From Candidatus Latescibacterota bacterium (GTDB lineage Bacteria; Latescibacterota; UBA2968), in the NCBI GenBank assembly GCA_965222605.1, contig OZ244960.1:576001-640000 (forward strand): a stretch of DNA of 64,000 bases, written 5' to 3'. The notes under the pieces are model-generated. The model did not search any database and had not been told where the DNA came from. It worked only from the letters and a program-made list of their open reading frames with translations. Both the position numbers and the translations under genes were made by a program. Below, piece by piece: positions 19,314-28,063 of this stretch (its first letter is position 1; the number at the start of each line of letters is the position of its first letter).

Positions 19314-21584
19314 CTACCTTTTAACCCAGATTGGGCTCGACCATGCAAAATCGCCCTGCGCCACCTGCAAATTTCCACAGCGCCCGCCCATCGGCACCCG
19401 ACGAAGTGGCTTTAGTCTAATCTCTACATAATAAAAATGTTCTCCAGGGTCTGGCTCGTCCTCAAACATCAAAACGGCCTGGTGCTTTCCGACCCATTGC
19501 GCCAGCACCTGCTCTCCATCCCTGAACAGCGCGACCTGCTGCACTATTCGGGATGCCTGCACGCTACAGTTCAAATGGATTTGCCCGGTTACCTCCACCT
19601 CCGATCCCATGGGCATTCCATTCACCCGCACATCCAGCATGACACGAGCACCGTTGGTGGCAAAACACCGTCGTGCCCACAAGGCTTCAAATAGCGCCTC
19701 TCGGGTCAACGCCTCTGCCCACACACCCGTCAGAGCACCGCCCATCCCGGGCACTATCCGATGGGAATCGCTATTCCCCATAAACGCCAGGCGATAGCCC
19801 TGCCGCAGTGCCTCTGGAATCGTATCTCGCATGTGAATGTAAATATCCCAGCACGAACACAGTTCCACGCCCCCGAGCCGACTGCTCGGAATCACCCACC
19901 ATGTGGGATGGTGCGGAAATGTGAAAGCCCGTGTCTGTTCCATCGCTGCCACCCACTTCTCCAGTGTATCCGCATCGGACTCGGTAAAATGATATAGCGG
20001 CATTGCTCCGCCAGGAAATAGCATAATCCTATGGTTCGGTCCGCCCTCTGATTCCTTGCGATAGGTGCGCTCATAGGCGGGAACGGTCACAAACCGTCCC
20101 GAATCGTTAAAGTGATCGGCCTCCGCCAGGATCAGCTCGAGCTCTGATGGCGTGAGAATATTATCGTAAAGCACATCATTATCCGTCACAGCCATAAAAT
20201 CCAGCCGTGCCTTGTAGCGTCCATACGCGTAATTCTCGTCGATCTCGCCCTCTGCATCACCCGACAGATTGCCGTGGCAGTGGAGGTCCCCCCAGTAAAG
20301 CCTATAGGTTTTTCCCTTCACCTCTATTTCGGGCCGCCGATCAAACGCAGGCGGTTCGGGCAGTCGGATCGGCCGCCATGATCGCCAGGCCGAAGCCGGG
20401 CGTTCCTCTGCGGGCCGCGCCTGATCCAGTGGCAAACTCCCCGCACAGATATCCGCATAATATCGCCCCTCGGAAATCTGGGCGGTAAACGGCAATCTTC
20501 CACCTACCACCGGTAAATCTCCGTTCACCGTATAGGCGTGTACCTCTCCATCTACCTCGCAAGACTGCCCTTGATTTTTCCCGGTCAGCGGACGAGCGTA
20601 AAACAGCGCATCCGGACCGTGCCGGTTGACCAACTCGTCCTCTTTGCGCTCGTACAGGACCCAGACGTCCCCACTCGTTTCCCGCACAATCTGCGGCCTC
20701 CGCCGCCACCCCACAAAACCCATATAATGCTCGCGTCCCAACAATCCATCGTAGAGATGCGCCACATACCCTTCGGGCATGGTGCGATCCGGACCCCGGT
20801 AGGGCGTCCAGGATCGGCCGTCAAAATGCGAAGCCATCGCCTCCACTTTGTGATCCACAAATCCCCTGGGATGGGTCACATCGCGCGTGACTGTCCACGT
20901 CGCCCAGATCCCGCCCGAACCGTCGGGACACAACCTCGGGAATAACTCCCAGGCATCTGTAAGCGAGAACTTCCTCGGTTGTCCCACCCCATCCGGCGTC
21001 CAGTTTCTCAAAAACAGATCACAGGCTCCATTTTGGTGCGTCTGGTAAGCCACCCAGGCGCCCCCGGCGTGTCCGCACAGCACGGGCCGATAGTGATCTC
21101 CCCCACCCTGCGATAGATCCACGACTTCAGCCCAGCGATTCCCATCCAGACACCGCCCAAACACCCGACGCCTTCTACCCACCAGCGCCGTCCAGACCGC
21201 CCATATTCTATCCTCACTGTCCGAAGTCACATCTGGGAAAGCCAGACTCGCATCCGCCTCGCCCAGCCACACCACTTCACCCATTTCGTCTGCCGATCGG
21301 GCCAGCACGCACCACCGTCCCTCCCGCATAGCGCACCACACCACCCACACTGCATCGCCCCCGCACGCAATCCTCGGCTGAAAATTGATCCCCACCTCTT
21401 CGCCCACCGAGAGTAGAGGACCTCGCCGCTGGCCCTTAAAAGACCGCACCAGAATTCGGTCTTCTTTGGGCCTATACGCGTGCCAGGCCACCCAAAACCG
21501 TCCAGATCCATCCACAGTCAGTGCTGGGTCTTTATCCACATGCCCGCGGCGATGCTCTGACAATCGAATTTGCAAACGCCCCAT
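19314..21584 (-). CDS. PHP-like metallohydrolase (DUF3604/CehA-McbA-like) with an N-terminal propeller
   Basis: YWGDLHCHGNLSGD, LDFMAVTDND, GNSDSH, GLTGVWA-like, RRCFATNG, AWSSPIW. Confidence 0.8.
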   Translation of the reverse strand: MGRLQIRLSEHRRGHVDKDPALTVDGSGRFWVAWHAYRPKEDRILVRSFKGQRRGPLLSVGEEVGINFQPRIACGGDAVWVVWCAMREGRWCVLARSADEMGEVVWLGEADASLAFPDVTSDSEDRIWAVWTALVGRRRRVFGRCLDGNRWAEVVDLSQGGGDHYRPVLCGHAGGAWVAYQTHQNGACDLFLRNWTPDGVGQPRKFSLTDAWELFPRLCPDGSGGIWATWTVTRDVTHPRGFVDHKVEAMASHFDGRSWTPYRGPDRTMPEGYVAHLYDGLLGREHYMGFVGWRRRPQIVRETSGDVWVLYERKEDELVNRHGPDALFYARPLTGKNQGQSCEVDGEVHAYTVNGDLPVVGGRLPFTAQISEGRYYADICAGSLPLDQARPAEERPASAWRSWRPIRLPEPPAFDRRPEIEVKGKTYRLYWGDLHCHGNLSGDAEGEIDENYAYGRYKARLDFMAVTDNDVLYDNILTPSELELILAEADHFNDSGRFVTVPAYERTYRKESEGGPNHRIMLFPGGAMPLYHFTESDADTLEKWVAAMEQTRAFTFPHHPTWWVIPSSRLGGVELCSCWDIYIHMRDTIPEALRQGYRLAFMGNSDSHRIVPGMGGALTGVWAEALTREALFEALWARRCFATNGARVMLDVRVNGMPMGSEVEVTGQIHLNCSVQASRIVQQVALFRDGEQVLAQWVGKHQAVLMFEDEPDPGEHFYYVEIRLKPLRRVPMGGRCGNLQVAQGDFAWSSPIWVKR

Positions 21585-21716
21585 ACTCCGATCCTCCCGT
21601 GAAACGCCCCGGAATCAACCTGAGTGTCACAAGATAACTTTTGTTTTCGGGAATAATTTGTATATTTCTCACGAGAACTCTGATACAACCCGTTCATTTC
21701 TCCGGAGAAATCAACA

Positions 21717-22967
21717 GTGACAACAAATACCATTCGCGTGGGCATCATCGGAACCGGCAGCCGCGGCATCAACTGTATTGGTCATCAAATTGCCGAACAA
21801 GCCAGCGATTTAGACATCGCAATAACTGCCTTTTGCAACCGAACAGAAAGCCGCATGCACATTGCTCTTGAAGATGTGAACAGAATCGCGACAACGGCGG
21901 GCAACACGGCTTTTTCACCCGCTTTCTACAGCGATCCAACAGCCCTGATCTCAGACGACAACGTAGATCTAATTGTCATCACCACGCCCACGGCAGCCCA
22001 TCGCGAAGCCGCAATACCCGCACTGCGCTCGGGCAAAAAGGTCTATCTGGACAAGCCCATTGCACATACGCTTGAAGATGCCATAGCCATCCACAAAGAA
22101 GAGCATCGATCAAATAACCCGATGATCATGGGCTTTACCAGGCGCTATGAACAACCCTGGATCGAACTCTACAACTTGCTGCAAAGCGGCGTCATCGGCG
22201 ACCTCAAAATGATGCTCATTCGCGCCGTAATCCCCTACACGCATTATTTTATGACCTGGCACCGCACGCGGGCCTTAAGCGGCGGTGCGCTCAACGACAA
22301 GGCATCGCACTACACGGACGTATTCAACTGGTTTGCGGGCAGCCATTGTCTCCAGGTCAACGCCTTTGGAGGGCGCAACCTCTTTGAAGTGCGCGAAGAC
22401 GCCCCCGAATTTTGTGCTGTCTGCGACGACTGGACCTGTCCTTATCGAGCGGAGTTAGTCGAAACGGGTACACAGGATCAGACTCGAGGCGCGATTGACC
22501 AGACCTTCGCCCATGAAACCGATCCCACGCGCCGAAAAGACAATTGCGTATATAAACCCGGCGCAGACATTTTCGACCACGCATCCATCCACTTCCAGTA
22601 TGACAACGGAATCGTCGCCTCCATCTTCTACGCCATTTACGGTCCCAAAGCCGAAGATGAAGAAACTTTTGAACTGGTCGGCACAAAAGGGCGCATGATC
22701 CTGACGCGACTGAAGGGCGAAATCGACCTTGTAACGGACTATGGGGAACGCAGAGAAGAAATCATACAATGCAAAGCTGAAGCCTTTGAAACCTCTCACT
22801 TTGGCGCAGACCGCAAGCTGGTTCAAGAAATTGTTAAATTTGCCCGCGGCGGTCCATCCCCAGTAGATGGTCGATACGGCATGGAAGCCACGCGAATGAT
22901 CCTATCTGCAATGCAATCCATCGACGAGGGCGGCGAAACCGTTCGCCTCGCTAACGAGCCAATCTGA
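21717..22967 (+). CDS. Gfo/Idh/MocA-family oxidoreductase
   Basis: VGIIGTGSRG, DKPIA, GFTRRY, SGGALNDKASHYTD; GTG start after GGAG. Confidence 0.92.
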   Translation: MTTNTIRVGIIGTGSRGINCIGHQIAEQASDLDIAITAFCNRTESRMHIALEDVNRIATTAGNTAFSPAFYSDPTALISDDNVDLIVITTPTAAHREAAIPALRSGKKVYLDKPIAHTLEDAIAIHKEEHRSNNPMIMGFTRRYEQPWIELYNLLQSGVIGDLKMMLIRAVIPYTHYFMTWHRTRALSGGALNDKASHYTDVFNWFAGSHCLQVNAFGGRNLFEVREDAPEFCAVCDDWTCPYRAELVETGTQDQTRGAIDQTFAHETDPTRRKDNCVYKPGADIFDHASIHFQYDNGIVASIFYAIYGPKAEDEETFELVGTKGRMILTRLKGEIDLVTDYGERREEIIQCKAEAFETSHFGADRKLVQEIVKFARGGPSPVDGRYGMEATRMILSAMQSIDEGGETVRLANEPI

Positions 22968-22997
22968 GGATATAAACTAATTCACTCGGGAGGAAAA

Positions 22998-23816
22998 ATG
23001 ATACCACTACCTATGACCGACGAGCAAAAATTCTTCTTCGACCTTCGCGGCTGGATTCTGCTGCCTTCTGTGCTATCGGCAGCCGAGATAGAAGAGATGA
23101 AAGCCGAAGTGTATGCCGGCGCCAGGCGGAGTTATGAAGGTACGCTTCAGAACCTGCTGGACCACCCGGCAATCGTCGGCATTCTAAACGAAATTCTATC
23201 CGAAAAACCTTTTGTGAAAGACGACTGCTACGGCTTCCGTTGCGAAGGCTCCTTCACCACCGTGCGACCTCCCGGATGGAGCAAATCGGAACGCGGCGAC
23301 AATGGCCTACCGCACGTCGTGCGTCCCCCCCAGCAAGCCAACGCCATGCGCTACCAGGTTGCGGGAAATAAAATTTTTGCCGGGCTGACCCGGGTTGTGT
23401 GGGAACTCGAGGAAGTGGTAGCCGGACACGGCGGGACCTCTTTTCTCAGCGGGTCACACAAAGCCCACTTCAATTACGGCGGCCCGGATCCGTTTCGGCC
23501 CAATATCGGCGGCTCTCCCTATGAATCCAGTATGCGAGATGCAATGGAAGATTATAGCTGCCCCGCAGGCTCGGTGGTCATCTTCACAGAAAGCCTGATC
23601 CACGCAGCCAACGACTGGACCAACCCGAACAATCCGAGATGCGCGGTCTTCAACTGCTACAACTCCATCTGGGCGCAGTGGCATCGCCTCAACCTCGACC
23701 ACGAAACGATCGAAGCCCTGCCCCCAAAGCGCCGCACGCTCTTTCGCGGCACCTGGGCAATTGGCGGCGACCCAAATGGAAACCGCGAGTACTCGCTGGA
23801 TAACAGAACCGTTTAA
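22998..23816 (+). CDS. PhyH-family Fe/2OG dioxygenase-like protein
   Basis: FFFDLRGWILL, LLDHP, GGTSFLSGSHK, AGSVVIFTESLIH..W...R. Confidence 0.85.
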   Translation: MIPLPMTDEQKFFFDLRGWILLPSVLSAAEIEEMKAEVYAGARRSYEGTLQNLLDHPAIVGILNEILSEKPFVKDDCYGFRCEGSFTTVRPPGWSKSERGDNGLPHVVRPPQQANAMRYQVAGNKIFAGLTRVVWELEEVVAGHGGTSFLSGSHKAHFNYGGPDPFRPNIGGSPYESSMRDAMEDYSCPAGSVVIFTESLIHAANDWTNPNNPRCAVFNCYNSIWAQWHRLNLDHETIEALPPKRRTLFRGTWAIGGDPNGNREYSLDNRTV

Positions 23817-23882
23817 ATTGTTCCCCTTGAAAATTTTAGAAAATCGAGATAAAACCACAAACCGCGCCAGATACTTCCAAGT

Positions 23883-24341
23883 TCAAGGCGTTAATCCAAC
23901 CGTGTAGGCCCGTCCTTCTGGCCTCGGATAGGTTTCTTTGAACCCGTGCGGCCGGCGCAGCAGATATTTCAGCCAGCTTCTCTCGGGCGCCTTTTCAAAC
24001 AGCTTGTCGTACAGACCATCCCCACTGTAAGAATTGGTGATCACACTGGGACAGTAGGTAAAAATAACCGCCCAGCGCACTTTGTCAGATGTATTGAGGG
24101 ACGAATGGTACATATCGTGGGAAAACAGCAATACTGAGCCCGCCTTCATCGGAATCTCGACCTCCATATGGCCCAAATAGGTATCATCCGGCAGAGGCAA
24201 GTTGGCCTTGTGGCTACCCGGAATCAACTTCAAACCACCCTCTCCAGGCTCAATATCGCGCAGAGCGTAGAATACCTGGAATGGAATCACCTCATCTCCA
24301 ATAAGATTAACAGGACAGGTTATCAAGCTATACATCCTCAA
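23883..24341 (-). pseudogene. PhyH-family fragment (C-terminal half only)
   Basis: Has YALRDI..GEGGLKLIPGSHK and AGSVLLFSHDMYH but lacks the N-terminal half with the first metal-binding His. Confidence 0.65.
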
Positions 24342-25143
24342 AATTGTACGTGTACGGCTCCCGATAGCATTGGTCGAGCTTACCGCGCCACTCGCCTAAA
24401 ACACCCCGAAGATCGGCATTCCGTATATTCTGGAAAAACCATTCGGGCACCTCGTAATGCCGCATATTGCAGTAGAATGGCGGAATAAATGTATAAGTCA
24501 TCGAATACCGTGTATTCTCGGTCAGGATATGGGGCGCCGAGTGCATCAGCGATTCCGTAAACAGGAAGGCGTCTCCTGCCCTGCAAGTGGCCTCGATAGG
24601 CTCACAGGACTTACTCACTTCCGCATAGTCACCGTGAACCTTATGGGACCTATCCATAACCCAGGTCCCGCCATCGCCCGGTCCTACATCCGTCAGGAAC
24701 ACAAAGAAATTCAGGTACGGAAAATGGTGCATTCCCGGGTGGCACTCGTCTTCGTACATCCCCCACTTCGGAGTGCTACCGCGATGCCAGCCCTTCCTGT
24801 AGCTCATGTCTTTCTTGTATTTTCGGACCTCTTCCGCGTCATGGCGAAAATCGGCAGGTCGCTTGATAAAAGCCCAGGAATTTTTGAGTGTGGCTGCGAT
24901 ACCGCCGATTTCAGTGTAAGCTTCCAGGATGCAGGGAATTTTGATGAACTCGATAAAAGAGTCGTCCCGAAGAATGAGGGTGTCAATTCGAGTGGTCGTT
25001 ATGTCATTGCCTGTCAGCGACCAAATCCCGGACGCGATGCGATCCAACGTGGTTTTGTAAGCGTTTATTTCATCTTGTTTCAACACGCCTTCGAGTCGCA
25101 CCCAACCATGTTTCTCAAAATGTTGACGCATTTCTGATATCAC
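24328..25143 (-). CDS. PhyH-family Fe/2OG dioxygenase
   Basis: FEKHGWVRLEGVL, GWHRG, FLTDVGPGDGGT...SHK, AGDAFLFTESLMH...R. Confidence 0.88.
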   Translation of the reverse strand: MISEMRQHFEKHGWVRLEGVLKQDEINAYKTTLDRIASGIWSLTGNDITTTRIDTLILRDDSFIEFIKIPCILEAYTEIGGIAATLKNSWAFIKRPADFRHDAEEVRKYKKDMSYRKGWHRGSTPKWGMYEDECHPGMHHFPYLNFFVFLTDVGPGDGGTWVMDRSHKVHGDYAEVSKSCEPIEATCRAGDAFLFTESLMHSAPHILTENTRYSMTYTFIPPFYCNMRHYEVPEWFFQNIRNADLRGVLGEWRGKLDQCYREPYTYNFEDV

Positions 25144-25155
25144 AACGCTTTCTCC

Positions 25156-25174
25156 TTATAAAAACAGCTTCTTA
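25156..25174. mobile_element. Probable scar of the same IS5 element (13-bp TIR remnant between two TTA)
   Basis: TTA-TAAAAACAGCTTC-TTA; 14 bp (AAAACAGCTTCTTA) are identical to the IS end plus target duplication at 1605-1618. Confidence 0.6.
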
Positions 25175-26542
25175 GAGCGCCCATATAAACCGTTCCGGAT
25201 TTAAAGACGCGTACGCATCCGCGTCTCGCTCGATGGCCGCAGCCAGCGCCCCTTCGGAATGCATCAAATTGTCAACTTCGCACGGATCTTGAGTAAGGTT
25301 ATAAATTTCTGCTTTGGGCAGTCCATTGAAATAGTCGATCCTCGCTTCCAGGGACATCCGGTTCTCCGGCGGCGGCATGCACAGTTCGTGCATGTGCCGG
25401 GCCTCGTGGGTCAATTCGAACACTGCCATCCCCCGTTTGACAAACTTGTGGGTCTCCGTTCGGACTCCCAGTTCAGCAGAACGCCACCGGCCAAACTGCT
25501 TGATCACCCCGCCATGGATAAAAAGTGAGGAATGGATGCGAGCCGTTTCCCCCCGCACCAGCGGCAACCAGCTCTTTCCGTCCACCCGCTCCTGGACCGG
25601 CAGTCCGGCCAGATCCAGCAGTGTCGGCATCAGGTCGATATGGCCGGTTAAGGGCAAAATTCGTTTGCCCGGTGTGAACTCAAAATTTGCATGGGGTTTC
25701 ACGATCAAGGGCACATGGGTGTTTGCCTCGTAGGTCTCGCGATGTTCAAATGGCGAGTTATGCTCCTCCATATCCTCTCCATGGTCCCCGGTCAAAACAA
25801 TAAGCGTGTCATCGTAGATCCCCACTTCTTTCAGTTTATCAATAACCCGTCCGATTTGGTGATCTACATACGAATACTCTCCGTCGTAGAGCCCGATCTT
25901 ATCCTTCTTTTCCGTCGTCAACCGGTCTATCCATCCCCACCGCGGCAGGTACTCGCGTCCATCGGCATTCCGTTTCGCCTTCGGTTCCGGACCACCAATG
26001 TGGATCTGCCGGTATGGGTCGGGCTGATTATAGGGCTGGTGCGTATCCCAGTAATGCACAAACATAAAAAAGGGGTCTTTGCAGTAGCAATCCAGCCAGT
26101 TAAACAGCCGTGCATTGATCTGTTCGGCCAGTACCGCTGCTACAAACGGATTTTTTGGATCAAGCGTATTGATATAAAAATCGTAGCCCTTTGCAAACCA
26201 CTTGGGAATGCACCGAAACTGCAACAGGTTATCGAATGCCACGGTGGTATATCCGCCTGCGCGAAACAGCTCTGCCAGCGTGGCAGTGCGGTCGTTCAAT
26301 ACCTGATCCGGCTCATTGGGCGCGCCGGAAAGTGTGGCCACAATATCATGGGTGACGGGATACTGCCCCGTCACCAATGTGGTGAAAATCGGCATTGTAT
26401 GTCCTGTTTGCGTGATGTGATTCTCAAACAGGATGCTTTCTTCGGCAAGCGCATCGATATTCGGGCTTGTTTCCCTGTGATAACCGTAACATCCGAGGTG
26501 GTCGGCCCGCATGGTATCAACTGCGATCACAAGAATATTCAT
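25172..26542 (-). CDS. Sulfatase-like alkaline-phosphatase-superfamily hydrolase (Thr at the nucleophile position)
   Basis: VDTMRADHLGCYGY, HTMPIFTTLVTG, HYWDTHQPY, TGDHGE. Confidence 0.88.
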   Translation of the reverse strand: MNILVIAVDTMRADHLGCYGYHRETSPNIDALAEESILFENHITQTGHTMPIFTTLVTGQYPVTHDIVATLSGAPNEPDQVLNDRTATLAELFRAGGYTTVAFDNLLQFRCIPKWFAKGYDFYINTLDPKNPFVAAVLAEQINARLFNWLDCYCKDPFFMFVHYWDTHQPYNQPDPYRQIHIGGPEPKAKRNADGREYLPRWGWIDRLTTEKKDKIGLYDGEYSYVDHQIGRVIDKLKEVGIYDDTLIVLTGDHGEDMEEHNSPFEHRETYEANTHVPLIVKPHANFEFTPGKRILPLTGHIDLMPTLLDLAGLPVQERVDGKSWLPLVRGETARIHSSLFIHGGVIKQFGRWRSAELGVRTETHKFVKRGMAVFELTHEARHMHELCMPPPENRMSLEARIDYFNGLPKAEIYNLTQDPCEVDNLMHSEGALAAAIERDADAYASLNPERFIWAL

Positions 26543-26553
26543 ACAGGACTCTC

Positions 26554-27870
26554 CTACTCTGGAATCTGGCCGGAGGCCTCTGCCTTCCGCAGGGCATCCA
26601 GATTTACCGTGACCTTCCGAAAAGCCTCAATATAGTGCTCAATCAACCCGCTCTGATCGCCTCGCCAGGCCACACTTCCACCGATTGTCAACTCTCTGTT
26701 TGCGCACAGGTCTTCAGCAACCGGACAGTCTCCCTCTGTATAAGACACATCTCGGTGGCCCATAGACCACGGTAGTCCGCGGCCTGAGAAATATTCCCGT
26801 TCCTGGAAGGTACGCCGCAAATGTATGGGCCGCCGCACGTAGCCCAATCCGACCGGCACGCCTTCGGCTGTCAGAGCCTTCACATAGGTTTCTCGAGAAA
26901 CGCCCACCACCTCTTCGGGTTCAAAGGTCGAACTATAGATATGGTAGATATGCTCATTCTCCGGCAACACCTCAGGTGGGTGTATTCCTGGAAATTCGCG
27001 GAGGGCTTCGGACAGGTATTCTGAATTTTTGCGCCTGTCCGCATTCCATTCGTCCAGATAATTGAGCTGCACACCTGCAATCATTGCACAGGCCGGATGC
27101 ATACGGTATGTGAAAATCAAATTGTCGCTGAGGGCCTTCAGATCTTCATCTACCAGCTCATTGCTGTGCCGTACAGGATGGTGTCCATACAGAAGCGCCT
27201 CCTGAAACTTCCGGTGGCTGTTGGTCAAAATCATGCCGCCCTCGCCACCAACCATATTCTTGCCCGACCCGATGCTAAAACATCCAAAATCTCCAAAAGT
27301 CCCCACATAACGCCCATTGTGCTTGGCGCCCACAGCCTGTGCGCAATCTTCGATCACAATCAAATCGTGTCTTTGGGCGATGTCCAAAATCGCGTCCATA
27401 TCTGCAGGATTACCAAAGATATGGACCACAACAATCGCCCTGGTATGCGACGTGATACACTGCGCGATCGAAGCGGGATCGATATTGTAAGTCTCTGGAT
27501 CAATATCGGCGAAAACAGGGATACAATTGTGCTGCAGGATACAGGAAACTGTCTGCCCCCAGGTGTAAGGAGACACAATAATCTCGTCTCCAGCCTTCGC
27601 ACCAGAAGCCATTACTGCCGTATGGAGTGCGGGCCCCCCGCCACTCATACTCAGGGCAAACTCGGCGCCCATATATTCTGCAAACCCCTTCTCCAGGGCC
27701 TCCACCGGCCCCCCACCGGCAGGCGCCGTCAGATAACGCGTATCTTCTCCGACCTGTCCCAACCCCTCTGTCACAGCTGCGATTTCTTCTTCTCCAATTG
27801 CCGGCCACTTGGGACCGGGTACAGTCACGGCCTTCGTGCCGCCCAGAATTGCCAGACTTCCGTCTTTCAT
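26554..27870 (-). CDS. DegT/DnrJ/EryC1/StrS-family PLP aminotransferase
   Basis: VFADID, VHIFGNPAD, IEDCAQA, CFSIGSGKNMVGGEGG. Confidence 0.93.
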   Translation of the reverse strand: MKDGSLAILGGTKAVTVPGPKWPAIGEEEIAAVTEGLGQVGEDTRYLTAPAGGGPVEALEKGFAEYMGAEFALSMSGGGPALHTAVMASGAKAGDEIIVSPYTWGQTVSCILQHNCIPVFADIDPETYNIDPASIAQCITSHTRAIVVVHIFGNPADMDAILDIAQRHDLIVIEDCAQAVGAKHNGRYVGTFGDFGCFSIGSGKNMVGGEGGMILTNSHRKFQEALLYGHHPVRHSNELVDEDLKALSDNLIFTYRMHPACAMIAGVQLNYLDEWNADRRKNSEYLSEALREFPGIHPPEVLPENEHIYHIYSSTFEPEEVVGVSRETYVKALTAEGVPVGLGYVRRPIHLRRTFQEREYFSGRGLPWSMGHRDVSYTEGDCPVAEDLCANRELTIGGSVAWRGDQSGLIEHYIEAFRKVTVNLDALRKAEASGQIPE

Positions 27871-28005
27871 TTACATTCTCTCCTTACACGCAATGTATTG
27901 GTGGGGTTGACGATTGTGACAATACAGTTCTTCAGGCCAACTCCCATGGAAGCCCGCCCTCTTCCCTGGCGCGAGCAATTTCGAGAACCCCGTCAAGATC
28001 GTCAT
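27871..28005 (-). other. Possible 44-aa small ORF or gene remnant
   Basis: AAGGAG RBS 7 nt before the ATG; MTILTGFSKLLAPGKRAGFHGSWPEELYCHNRQPHQYIACKERM*; the stop abuts the next ATG. Confidence 0.3.
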
Positions 28006-28063
28006 TGCCTGCTCCTTCCCTGTGATACCAAATTGAAACGGCCCAAAGGATCTTATACCTCTA

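Noticed and set aside
23817-23833. ATTGTTCCCCTTGAAA resembling the RBS region at 18071
   Set aside because: A short match with an indel and no following gene; could be chance.
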